A stretch of 64,000 nucleotides of DNA, taken from NCBI GenBank assembly GCA_045863395.1, contig BTVJ01000017.1:32001-96000 (forward strand), in the 5' to 3' direction. The notes beneath the pieces were generated by a model. It had not been told where the DNA came from. It worked only from the letters and a program-made list of their open reading frames with translations, and made no database searches. This stretch comes from Myxococcales bacterium. GTDB taxonomy: Bacteria; Myxococcota_A; UBA9042; JABWCM01; BTVJ01. Made by a program: the position numbers and the translations under genes. Below, piece by piece: positions 46,977-60,703 of this stretch; the stretch's first letter is position 1, and every line of letters begins with the position of its first letter.

Positions 46977-48057
46977 CGCGCCCCTCGCAGATTGCCGCCG
47001 CGCGCGCCGGATCGAAGCACTCACCGGCAAGGGCCCCAGCCGCCAGGCGCAGGAGGGAGTCACGCACGCCCTCATCGAGGGTCGGATACCACGCGGGGCT
47101 CGCCATGACCAGGCAGCGGAAGGCCAGGAACGGCGGGGCCACCTGCAGGAGCTCCCGGTCGCCGGTGCGCTCCACGTACCGCCACCAGAAGCGGGACCAG
47201 AGGCGCTCCAGGGGCCCCCGCAAGCGCCCATGGGCCTGGAGCGCGAAGAACAGATAGTTGGCGGTGATGCACGTCACGTCGTTGGCCGGCTCGCCCCACT
47301 CGCCGCGGGAGCGGTCCAGCATGGTCAGGCGCCCCTCGTCGAACATCAGGTTCCACGGGTGGAAGTCCCCGTGGACCCGCCGGAGGCGATGCTCGTAGGC
47401 GCGCAGCCGCCAGCGCCACCAGACGAGCGCCCGCTCGATGGCCTCCAGCCGTCCCAGGCCACGCACCACCGGCCAGGCGTCCACCACCCCAAAGATCCCC
47501 TCGCCGTGCCCGATGAGATCGCGCACGTGCCGCCGGTAAAGGCTCGGGTCGTCGCGGCGCTCCGCGTGGACCTCGATCAATGCGTCGCAGAGCGTGTCCG
47601 CCTGCCCGATGGCGTCCTCGTCCAGCGCCTCCCCGTCACGGAGGCGCTCCAGGTCCTGGTTGTACGGGTGCCCCTCCACGAAGCGGGTCACGATGAAGGG
47701 CTCCTCCATGCCGGCGAGAGACAGGAGGCTCCCATCCTGCATGACGGCGCCCACGTCCACGGCCTCGACGTGCCCAGGCAGGCGGTTGAAGGCGTCGTAG
47801 GCCCACAGGACACCCTGCGCCCTGTCCGCCATGTGCTCGTGGCCGTAGGCTCCCGGGCGCACGGTCTCCAGGACCAGGCGCTCCGTGGTGTGACCGCGCC
47901 GCAGCTCCACGAGGAGCGGGACCCCGTAGCCAAGGCCCTTCACGTCGGTCGTGCCGCCCGATGGGCTGAGGGCGCGCACGCCGAGCACCTCCACGTCGTG
48001 GCCGAGGCGCTGCCTCAGGTAGGCCGTCAGGCGGTCGAGCGGGAATGACGCGCTCAT
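46969..48057 (-). CDS. Aminoglycoside-phosphotransferase (APH/choline kinase-like) family protein
   Basis: HGDFHPWNL Brenner motif, LDRSRGEWGEP..D; GGAGG RBS. Confidence 0.85.
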   Translation of the reverse strand: MSASFPLDRLTAYLRQRLGHDVEVLGVRALSPSGGTTDVKGLGYGVPLLVELRRGHTTERLVLETVRPGAYGHEHMADRAQGVLWAYDAFNRLPGHVEAVDVGAVMQDGSLLSLAGMEEPFIVTRFVEGHPYNQDLERLRDGEALDEDAIGQADTLCDALIEVHAERRDDPSLYRRHVRDLIGHGEGIFGVVDAWPVVRGLGRLEAIERALVWWRWRLRAYEHRLRRVHGDFHPWNLMFDEGRLTMLDRSRGEWGEPANDVTCITANYLFFALQAHGRLRGPLERLWSRFWWRYVERTGDRELLQVAPPFLAFRCLVMASPAWYPTLDEGVRDSLLRLAAGALAGECFDPARAAAICEGRDE

Positions 48058-48069
48058 GACGCACCTCCG

Positions 48070-48512
48070 TGATCAAAGTTGGCCGCGCGACGGCCGCGTC
48101 AACCTGCGAGGATGGGAGCTGCGCGAGAGACACACGATGAGGTCAGTGGGAGGAGCGGAGCTGCGTGGAGGGAGGAGAGGACCGCGCCCGGTGGAGCCGG
48201 CGAGTGGGATGGGTGGGAGGGATTGCCGATCCCACCGGGCGCTTGAATGTCACCCGACGCACCGGGGAGGAGGCGCGCCGAGTACCGCCGAAAGTCGCCT
48301 GTGCGTCTGGCGTCACGTCATAGACGCCCGGGTGGGAGAGTCCCGCCCTCGGTTGACCGAGGGGATCGCCTGGCTCCTTCCGTACCTGGTCCTGGCAGGT
48401 GCCGCTTGCGCAGCGCCCCACCTCTCTCCCTGAGGTGGCTCGTCGGCGTGGTCCCGGGAGGCCCGACGAGCCGTGCATGCAGCCGCCGGCAGGAGATGTC
48501 GGCTGCACACGT
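48070..48512 (-). ncRNA. Candidate sigma54-dependent structured RNA or long leader (multiple hairpins, CUCC-rich)
   Basis: No credible ORF; at least six inverted repeats; lies directly downstream of a sigma54-like promoter. Confidence 0.4.
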
Positions 48513-48523
48513 CGTCCCACCAC

Positions 48524-48539
48524 TACAAGGGACGTGCCA
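48524..48539 (-). promoter_or_regulatory. Sigma54-like promoter TGGCACGTCCCTTGTA, with upstream AT-rich patch and GGTAAC repeats (48613-48650)
   Basis: Perfect -24 element with a TTGT variant at -12, directly downstream of a sigma54 activator gene. Confidence 0.6.
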
Positions 48540-48635
48540 GAGCAGACAACGATAACAAGACAAGCAAATCCGGTTGGTTCTAATCACACAGCCCCGCCAG
48601 CTCGCTACCCGAGGGTAACAACCCCCGGTAACGCG

Positions 48636-49976
<1,341 letters not shown>

Positions 49977-50228
49977 GCGCCCTCCCATCGCCGCCCAGGA
50001 CCATAGCAGCGGCGGCGCGAGGGGGTCCACACAAGCCGGAGGCACGTGGAGGGGGTGGTTACACGGAGGGGTGCCATCGTGCAGAGGGATGGACGCCGCC
50101 CCCGCCAGCCTGGCGCGCGAAGAGGGCGACCGCCCCCGTGCGCTGCCAGGCGCTCCGGCCCTTCACACGCACGCGGTACGGTGCTGCGGGTGCCTTGGCT
50201 CTCCCCGCCGCGCACATCCGACCCACGC

Positions 50229-50582
50229 TCAGGGGGCGCGCCGCTCGATCACGTAGGCCGTGACTGCCTGGATCTGGTCGTCGCTCAGGAGGGCGCTCCA
50301 GGCCGGCATCCCCTTCGCCGCGTGCCCCTGCGCGATGGAGCGCCACACGTCCGATGGGCCCCCACCATGGAGCCACACGTCGTCCGTGAGCCGCGGCCCG
50401 ATGTGGCCCTCCCCGTTGGTCCCGTGGCAGACGGCGCAATACCTTGCATAGAGACCTGCGCCGTCCTCGACCGTGGGGGGCGCCTCGGCGGGGGACGCGT
50501 TCTGGGCGTCCGGCACTCCGCGGGGCGCGCACGCGAGCACGAGGAGCAGAGCGACCGCGCCGATGGAGATCCTCAGGGTCAT
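50229..50582 (-). CDS. Monoheme c-type cytochrome lipoprotein (cbb3 CcoP-like domain)
   Basis: LVLA-C; CAVCHG; GPRLTDDVWLHGG; KGMPAW distal Met. Confidence 0.85.
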   Translation of the reverse strand: MTLRISIGAVALLLVLACAPRGVPDAQNASPAEAPPTVEDGAGLYARYCAVCHGTNGEGHIGPRLTDDVWLHGGGPSDVWRSIAQGHAAKGMPAWSALLSDDQIQAVTAYVIERRAP

Positions 50583-50668
50583 GGGCACACCTCGCAAGGG
50601 GTCCAGTCAGTCATCGAGGGCGGGCGCCGCTCGCCACGAGGAGTGCGCTGGATGCGCCTCGCCGGCGG

Positions 50669-51463
50669 CTAGCTCGTGCCCACCTCGCGCCGGATCAGGG
50701 CATGGAAGGCCACCGCCAGGGAGGCGCCAACCGGGCCATCGCCGGGACCGGGGCGGCCGTCCACCTCAATGATGGGCGCCAGCTCCTTGAGCGTGGAGGA
50801 GGCGTAGAGCTCGGTGTAGGGGGCGCGCTGGGGCAAGGGGCCCTCCTGCGCAGGGATGCCCGCCTCTCGCGCCGCGTCCAGTAGGGCCTCGCGGGTGATG
50901 CCGGCGAGGATGCGGCCATCGTCGGGGGGCGTCACGACGACGCCGTCGAGGACCGCGAAGATGCTGCTGCGGACCCCCTCGGTCAGCGATCCGTCGCGCC
51001 CCACCCAGAGGACCTCGTCGACGCCAGCCCGGCGGCGGGCCACCTCTCCCGAGGCCCGGCTGCCGTGCTTGGCGCGGCCATCGAGCCAAGGCGGAGGCTC
51101 CCAAGGCAGGGTCACCACCCGCAGCGGCGCGGCCACCGCCTGGGTGATCAGGCGCGACACCGCCAGCAGGCGCCGCCCACCGTGGGTGAGGGTCAGGCGC
51201 ACGCGGGCCTCGCCGGGGTACCCGTCCACGGCGCGGCTCACCTCGCCGAGCAAGGCGTTGGCGTCGGGGCACGGCACCGCAAGCATCCGCGCGCTGGCGA
51301 CGAGGCGCGCCATGTGGCGGTCGGCGCGAAACAGCCTCCCGTGGTAGGTGCGCAGGGTCTCGAACACGGTCAATCCGAGCAACAGGCCGTCGTCAGCCCC
51401 CGAGACGACGTATCGCTCCCGCGTGACCTCCAGACCATCGACGAACAGGCGCTCCGACTCCAT
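50669..51463 (-). CDS. Class IV PLP aminotransferase (IlvE/PabC-like)
   Basis: VFETLR, HMARL..SA, TEGVRSSIF, ILAGITR. Confidence 0.88.
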   Translation of the reverse strand: MESERLFVDGLEVTRERYVVSGADDGLLLGLTVFETLRTYHGRLFRADRHMARLVASARMLAVPCPDANALLGEVSRAVDGYPGEARVRLTLTHGGRRLLAVSRLITQAVAAPLRVVTLPWEPPPWLDGRAKHGSRASGEVARRRAGVDEVLWVGRDGSLTEGVRSSIFAVLDGVVVTPPDDGRILAGITREALLDAAREAGIPAQEGPLPQRAPYTELYASSTLKELAPIIEVDGRPGPGDGPVGASLAVAFHALIRREVGTS

Positions 51464-51483
51464 GCGGTTCCTCCCAAGGCCCG

Positions 51484-52503
51484 CTACGGCACCAGCACGA
51501 TCTTCCCCACGTTCTGCCGCCCCTCGATGCGCCCGTGGGCCTCTGCCACGCGGTCGAAGGGGATGACGGCGTCCACCTTGGCGCGAATCTCTCCCCTCTG
51601 CCAGTGCTCCAGAACGGCGTTCATCTCGCCGGTGAGCATGTCGATCATGTGCCACATTTGACCCATGTCGACGCCCGCGAGGGTGCGGTTGCTCTTCATG
51701 AGGCCGATGGGCGTGAAGAGCGGGACCCGCAGGCCCTGCCACATGAGCTTGAGCAGGTTCCGGCGCTGGCCGGTTATTGCGTTGGAGAAGCCGAAGGCGA
51801 TGAGGCGCCCGACCGGCTTGAGGAGGCGATAGCCCTTGCGCCAGTCGTTGCCGCCGAGGGGGTCGAGCACCAGGTCGACGCCCTCCCCGCCCGTCAGGCG
51901 TCGAACCTCCGCCGCATAGTCCACCGTGTGGTAGTCGATGGGCTCGTCGCAGCCGATCTCGCGCAGATATCCGTGCTTGCCGGCGGACGCAGTCCCCAGG
52001 ATGCGAACGCCCGGGACCGTCCGGCAGAGCTGGATGGCCGCGATGCCCACCCCGCCCGCGGCCATGTGGATGAGGACGGACTCTCCGGGGGCCAGGTGCC
52101 CCACCCGGAACAGCATGTGGTACGCCGTCAGGTAGGTGACGGGGATGGCCGCCGCCTCCTCGAAGCCCATGGCATCGGGAAGCCGGAAGGTGTTTCTGGC
52201 GGGGGCGCAGACGGTGTCTGCGTGGGCGCCAAAGCGGGTGAGCGCCGCGACCCGGTCCCCGACGGTGCGGTCCGTCACGCCGGGGCCCACGGCGTCGATG
52301 ACGCCTGCCGCCTCGTAGCCGACGACGCAGGGCGGCTTCGGGGCGCCGGGGTAGAGCCCCTGCCGGGCCATGACCTCGGCGAAGTTCAGGCCCGCGGCGC
52401 GCACCCGGACGCGCACCTCGCCGTGCCCGGGCTCCGGGTCCGGCGCCTCGCGCACTTCAAGGACCTCGGGGCCGCCGTGGCGTGTGATCCAGATTGCTCG
52501 CAT
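51484..52503 (-). CDS. Medium-chain reductase, VAT-1/quinone oxidoreductase-like
   Basis: AGLNFAEVMARQGLY, VGYEAAG, HMAAGGVG, NVGKIVL. Confidence 0.9.
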   Translation of the reverse strand: MRAIWITRHGGPEVLEVREAPDPEPGHGEVRVRVRAAGLNFAEVMARQGLYPGAPKPPCVVGYEAAGVIDAVGPGVTDRTVGDRVAALTRFGAHADTVCAPARNTFRLPDAMGFEEAAAIPVTYLTAYHMLFRVGHLAPGESVLIHMAAGGVGIAAIQLCRTVPGVRILGTASAGKHGYLREIGCDEPIDYHTVDYAAEVRRLTGGEGVDLVLDPLGGNDWRKGYRLLKPVGRLIAFGFSNAITGQRRNLLKLMWQGLRVPLFTPIGLMKSNRTLAGVDMGQMWHMIDMLTGEMNAVLEHWQRGEIRAKVDAVIPFDRVAEAHGRIEGRQNVGKIVLVP

Positions 52504-52572
52504 GGGGTCCTCCGCGGGTCGGTGAGATGCCGCCGGAGGATGGCACGAATCGAGGGAGTTTGACAGGGGCGG

Positions 52573-54045
<1,473 letters not shown>

Positions 54046-54171
54046 GGCTCCACCTCGTCCAGGACGTTCGACTGACGCTGCTCATCGGCGTCTGAAGAGC
54101 GACGCATGAGGGAAAACCTTGATCGCCCCCCCCGGGTCCGTGATAGGGGGGCGTGGCGAGGAGGTGCTCCC

Positions 54172-55500
54172 ATGACGGCCCCGACCCTGTCCGCTCACTT
54201 CCGGAGCCGCGAGCCGAGCGACATCCGGCTCGCCCAGATCCAGTTCGCGGAGCGGCGCGACGGGACCGAGGCGCTCAGCGTCGCCATCGGGAACGTGAAG
54301 CTGCCCATGCACCCAGCCATGCGGGCGCGCCTGCATTCGCTTGGCGGCGAGGGGAGCCCCTTTCGCGAGGGAGTCGTACCCTACTCGGCTACCGTCGGCC
54401 TGGAGGAGACCAACCGGGCGTTTCTGCACGTGATCGGGGCGAGCGGCTGCGACACGGCGGGGCTCTGGTCCCAGGTGACCGACGGAGGCAGCCAGGCCAT
54501 GGAGCTGGCGATCGTGGGGGTGTGCGGCCCGGCGGGCACCCGGGAGCGCCCGCTGCTGGTCATCGACGCCGCGTACACCAACTACAAGGCGTTCGCGGAG
54601 CGGGTCGGGCGGGCCACCGTGGCCGTGCAGCGCACCCTCGGGGCCGACGGCAAGTTCAGCTTGCCACCGCTCGAGCACATCGAGCAGGTCATCGAGCGGG
54701 AGCGGCCGGGGGCGATGCTCGTCATCCCCTACGACAACCCGACGGGCCACTTCTACGACCGGGACACCATGGCGGCGCTGGGGCGGCTGTGCGTGAAGCA
54801 CGGGCTCTGGTTCATCAGCGACGAGGCGTACCGGGAGCTCCACTACACGGGGGAGGCGTCCTCCAGCGTGTGGGGGCTCACCGAGTCGGAGGTGCCCGGG
54901 ATCGTGGGGCGGCGCATCAGCATCGAGACCGCGTCCAAGGTCTGGAACGCCTGCGGGCTGCGCATCGGCGCGCTGGTCACGGACAACCGGGAGCTGCACG
55001 TGCGGGCCGTGGCGGAGAACACGGCCTCCTTGTGCCCGAACATGGTCGGCCAGTGGGTCTACGGCGCGTTGGCGCATGTGCCCCACGACGAGCTGCACGC
55101 CTGGTTCGTCCACCAGCGAGCCTACTACGGGGAGATGCTGGCCGCGTTCTCCTCCCGCATGCGCGCCTTGGTGCCCGGCGTCATCGTGTCGAGCCCCGAC
55201 GCGGCCATCTACACGGTCGTCGACGTGCGCGACGTGGTGGCGCCTGGCTTCGACTCCCACGCCTTCGTGCTCTGGTGCGCGCGGGAGGGCAGCGCCGAGG
55301 TGGAGGGCCGGTCGATGACCCTGCTCGTCGCTCCCATGGCGGGCTTCTACTCGGTGAGGGGACCGGCAAACCCTGGCCACACCCAGATGCGCATCGCCTA
55401 CGTGGACACGCCCGAGCGCATGGCCATGGTGCCCGACCTGCTGGCGCGGCTGCTGCGCCGGTACGAAGAGGTCCGCGCCGCTGGCCGCCCTACACGCTGA
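54172..55500 (+). CDS. Class I/II PLP-dependent aminotransferase
   Basis: YDNPTG, ISDEAYREL, TASKVWNACGLRIG; GAGGAGG RBS. Confidence 0.9.
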   Translation: MTAPTLSAHFRSREPSDIRLAQIQFAERRDGTEALSVAIGNVKLPMHPAMRARLHSLGGEGSPFREGVVPYSATVGLEETNRAFLHVIGASGCDTAGLWSQVTDGGSQAMELAIVGVCGPAGTRERPLLVIDAAYTNYKAFAERVGRATVAVQRTLGADGKFSLPPLEHIEQVIERERPGAMLVIPYDNPTGHFYDRDTMAALGRLCVKHGLWFISDEAYRELHYTGEASSSVWGLTESEVPGIVGRRISIETASKVWNACGLRIGALVTDNRELHVRAVAENTASLCPNMVGQWVYGALAHVPHDELHAWFVHQRAYYGEMLAAFSSRMRALVPGVIVSSPDAAIYTVVDVRDVVAPGFDSHAFVLWCAREGSAEVEGRSMTLLVAPMAGFYSVRGPANPGHTQMRIAYVDTPERMAMVPDLLARLLRRYEEVRAAGRPTR

Positions 55501-57163
55501 GCAGCGCCTGCAGCTCGCGCTTGAGGACCTTGCCCGTGGGGTTGCGGGGCAGCTCCTCCACCACCTCCCACTGGCGCGGCACCTTGAAGCCGGCGAGGCG
55601 CTCGCGGGCCCACCGCTCCAGCTCCGGCACGTCCAGGTCGCCGTCGGCCACCACCACCGCCGCCAGCCGCTCACCCCACTCGTCGTCGGGCAGTCCGACC
55701 ACCGCTACGTCGCGGACCGCCGGGTGGTGGGCGAGCACGTCCTCGATCTCCGCCGGGTACAGGTTCACGCCGCCCGAGATCACCATGTCCCGGGAGCGCC
55801 CCGCCAGGTAGACGTAGCCGTCGGCGTCGAGGCGGCCCAGGTCATCGACCGTCGACCAGGCGGTGCGGGACTGCCCCTCGTGGTTCAGGTAGCCCTCCAT
55901 GGTCTGCTCGTTGCGGACCCAGAGGGTGCCGACCTCGCCGGTGGGGAGGTCGCGGCCGTCGTCGCTCCGCACCGCCACCTGCTGCCCGGGGATCGGGCGA
56001 CCGACGGTGCCGGGGCGGGCGAGCATCTCCTCCCCGTTGGCGAGGGTCACCCAGCCGAGCTCCGTCGCGCCGTAGAAGTCGAAGATCTTCTCGGGTGCGA
56101 AGCGCCGCGCCGCCTGCTCCCGCAGCGCCTGAGGGAAGGGCGCGGCCCCACACACGATGGCGCGCAGGTGGGGGGTCGGGGTCGCCGCGTGGAGCTCCTG
56201 GGGGAGCGCCAGGATGCGGTGCAGCATGGTCGGCACGAGGAAGACGCTGTGGATGCCGTGGGTGGACAATGCGCGCAGGGTCGCCTCGGGCTCGAAGTGG
56301 GCGTGCAGGTGCACCGTGCAGCCGAGCCCGAGGTGCATGAGCAGGAACACCTGGGCGGCGCTGTGGTACAGCGGCGACACGATCAGGTGGCTGCCGCCCG
56401 CCAGGAAGGGGATGCGGTCGAGGACGCGGGCCAGCTCCAGCAGGCCGAAGCGGGCAAAGTCCCGCAGCGCCCCCTTCGGGCGCCCGGTGGTGCCCGACGT
56501 ATAGACCACATTGTCGCTCACGGCCTTGCCGCGCTCGCGGCGGGGGAAGCGATCCTCGCCAGAGGCGACCAGCTCGTCGAAGGAGAGTGCGCCAGGCGGC
56601 GCGTCGCCCGGGGCGGCCTGCACCAAGGTCACGGGCTCGCCGAGGCGGTCGGCGGCTGAGCGAGCGGCGGGCATGGACGCCGGCGAGGCGATGACGAGGC
56701 GGGCGCCGCTGTCTCTCATCTGGTGGAGCAGCTCCTCGCCGGTGAGGCGATAGCTGGCGTGGACGGCCCGCGCGCCAAGGCGGAGCAGCGCCATCCAGGC
56801 GACCACGTACTCCAGGCGGTTGTCCATCATGAGGACGATGGGGGAGCGCCGCCCGAAGCCCAGCGTCTGAAGGGCCGTGGCCAGACGGTTGATGCGCGCG
56901 TCCAGGTCATGGAAGGTGATGGAGCGGTCCCCGTCGACCAGGGCGGGGCGGTCCGGGTGTCCGTGGCGGTGGATGGTGACCGACGTGCGCACGCCGAGCC
57001 CGTGGGCGAAGATCGTGCCGACGGTGCGCGGGAGGGCGCGGAGGCTCAGCTCGCCGGTGATGCCCGCCGTGCGGGCGACGCGGACCACCCGGGCGAGGCG
57101 GCGGGGGAGCGGGTCGAGCCGCTCCCGGAGCAGGTGATCGGCGAACCAGACGCGGGCGGACAT
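55490..57163 (-). CDS. AMP-binding acyl-CoA synthetase
   Basis: YTSGTTGRPKG, FYGATE, DDLG, GRSRDMVISGGVN, PRNPTGK; GAGGAGG RBS. Confidence 0.92.
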   Translation of the reverse strand: MSARVWFADHLLRERLDPLPRRLARVVRVARTAGITGELSLRALPRTVGTIFAHGLGVRTSVTIHRHGHPDRPALVDGDRSITFHDLDARINRLATALQTLGFGRRSPIVLMMDNRLEYVVAWMALLRLGARAVHASYRLTGEELLHQMRDSGARLVIASPASMPAARSAADRLGEPVTLVQAAPGDAPPGALSFDELVASGEDRFPRRERGKAVSDNVVYTSGTTGRPKGALRDFARFGLLELARVLDRIPFLAGGSHLIVSPLYHSAAQVFLLMHLGLGCTVHLHAHFEPEATLRALSTHGIHSVFLVPTMLHRILALPQELHAATPTPHLRAIVCGAAPFPQALREQAARRFAPEKIFDFYGATELGWVTLANGEEMLARPGTVGRPIPGQQVAVRSDDGRDLPTGEVGTLWVRNEQTMEGYLNHEGQSRTAWSTVDDLGRLDADGYVYLAGRSRDMVISGGVNLYPAEIEDVLAHHPAVRDVAVVGLPDDEWGERLAAVVVADGDLDVPELERWARERLAGFKVPRQWEVVEELPRNPTGKVLKRELQALLSV

Positions 57164-57328
57164 GGGGTGCCTCCTCGGAGCATGGAAGCGGCGAGGATAC
57201 CACCGCGGGCACGGGTGACAATGGGGAAGCGACGTCGCGCGCGGCGAGCACCTTGGGCGCAGGGGGCGAGCTTGGGGTTGACCGGGCACCCCGTCCTGGC
57301 GCAGAGTCCCCGCCCCGGAGGCGAGCAC

Positions 57329-58440
57329 ATGGAGCTGCCCATCAGAGACGTCGCGACCGCGCGCGGCTTGAAGGAGCTGATCGACGGGATCGCGACGAGC
57401 GAGCGCGTGGGCCTGGACACCGAGTTCCACGGGGAGGAGACCTACATCCCTGCGCTGATGCTCGTACAGGTGGCGACGGAGGACGCGGTCTGGCTCGTGG
57501 ACCCGCTCGCCGGAATGGATCTCGTCTCCCTGGCGCGGGCCCTGGCGCGCCCCGGCCTTGTCGTCATCGGGCACGCGCTGCGGCAGGACCTGGCGATCTT
57601 CGCCTTGCGGTGGGGGGTCGAGCTGTCGACGGTGTTCGATACCCAGGTCGGGGCGGCCTTCGCGGGGTGGGGGCGGCAGATGGGCCTCTCGCCGCTGCTG
57701 GAGCGGGCCTTCGGGGTGCAGCTCGACAAGGGCTATCAGCGGGCGGACTGGGGGCGGCGGCCGCTGCCTGAGGGGCAGCGGCGCTACGCCGCGGACGACG
57801 TGCGGTGGCTGCTGCCGCTGCACGGCCTGCTGTCCGACGCGCTGGGGGAGCGGGTGCGCTGGGTGCTCGACGAGGGGCGATCGCTCGCGCAGGAGGCGTT
57901 CGTGGAGCGGGACCCGGAGCGAGCCTGGCTGCGGGTGCGCGGCTCCCGAAAGCTCACCCCACGGGAGTGCACCATCCTGAAGGAGGTCTCCGCCGAGCGG
58001 GAGCGCCTGGCGTCGGAGCTGGACCGCACGCCCCACTTCCTGCTGCCCAACGACTGCCTGCTGGAGCTGGCGGCGCGCGCCCCGACGTCGCCGCGGGGCC
58101 TGGCGACGCCCCGGCTGCGCCACCGGGTGATAGCAGATGATCCCCACCGGTGGCTGGACGCCGTGCGGCGGGGCCTGGAGGCGCCGGAGGAGACGGGCCC
58201 CCGGAAGGTGGCGGCGCCCGAGCCGGTGGCAGCGCTCCTGGCGGTGGTGCGCGACGTGGCGGACGAGCTGGGCATCGACCCGACCCTGCTCGTGCACCGC
58301 AAGCAGGCGGAGGCGGCGGTGCGGCGGGGCGACGACGCGGAGGGCGTCGTTGCCGCATTGGGCCTGGATGGGTGGCGCCGCCAGGTGCTGACGGAGCGGG
58401 CCCGTGAGGCGCTGCGAGCCCTTCCGCCGTGGGGGAGCCC

Positions 58441-58444
<4 letters not shown>
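57329..58444 (+). CDS. rnd: Ribonuclease D (3'-5' exonuclease + HRDC)
   Basis: GLDTEF, HALRQDL, FDTQV, ADWGRRPL...YAADDV, GWRRQV. Confidence 0.9.
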
Positions 58445-60582
<2,138 letters not shown>

Positions 60583-60650
60583 CCCTGGCGAGACGCCGCG
60601 TGCCGCCCGCACACACCCAACACGTTCGTTTCTGACGCTGCAGGTCCCCA

Positions 60651-60685
60651 GTGGAGACCGCCGACAGACAGTCACGGGTCTCCAC
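60651..60685. terminator. 9-bp inverted repeat GTGGAGACC...GGTCTCCAC between convergent genes (possible terminator; no U-tract)
   Basis: Arms at 60651-60659 and 60677-60685. Confidence 0.35.
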
Positions 60686-60703
60686 CGGCGCTCATCGCCG
60701 GAG

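Noticed and set aside
48368..48396. Minus-strand CCAGGACCAGGTACGGAAGGAGCCAG resembles the SRP RNA domain IV motif (CAGGTCCGGAAGGAAGCAG)
   Set aside because: The GGAA-closing stem has a mismatch, AGCAG is altered and no long enclosing helix is evident. An Infernal scan would settle it.
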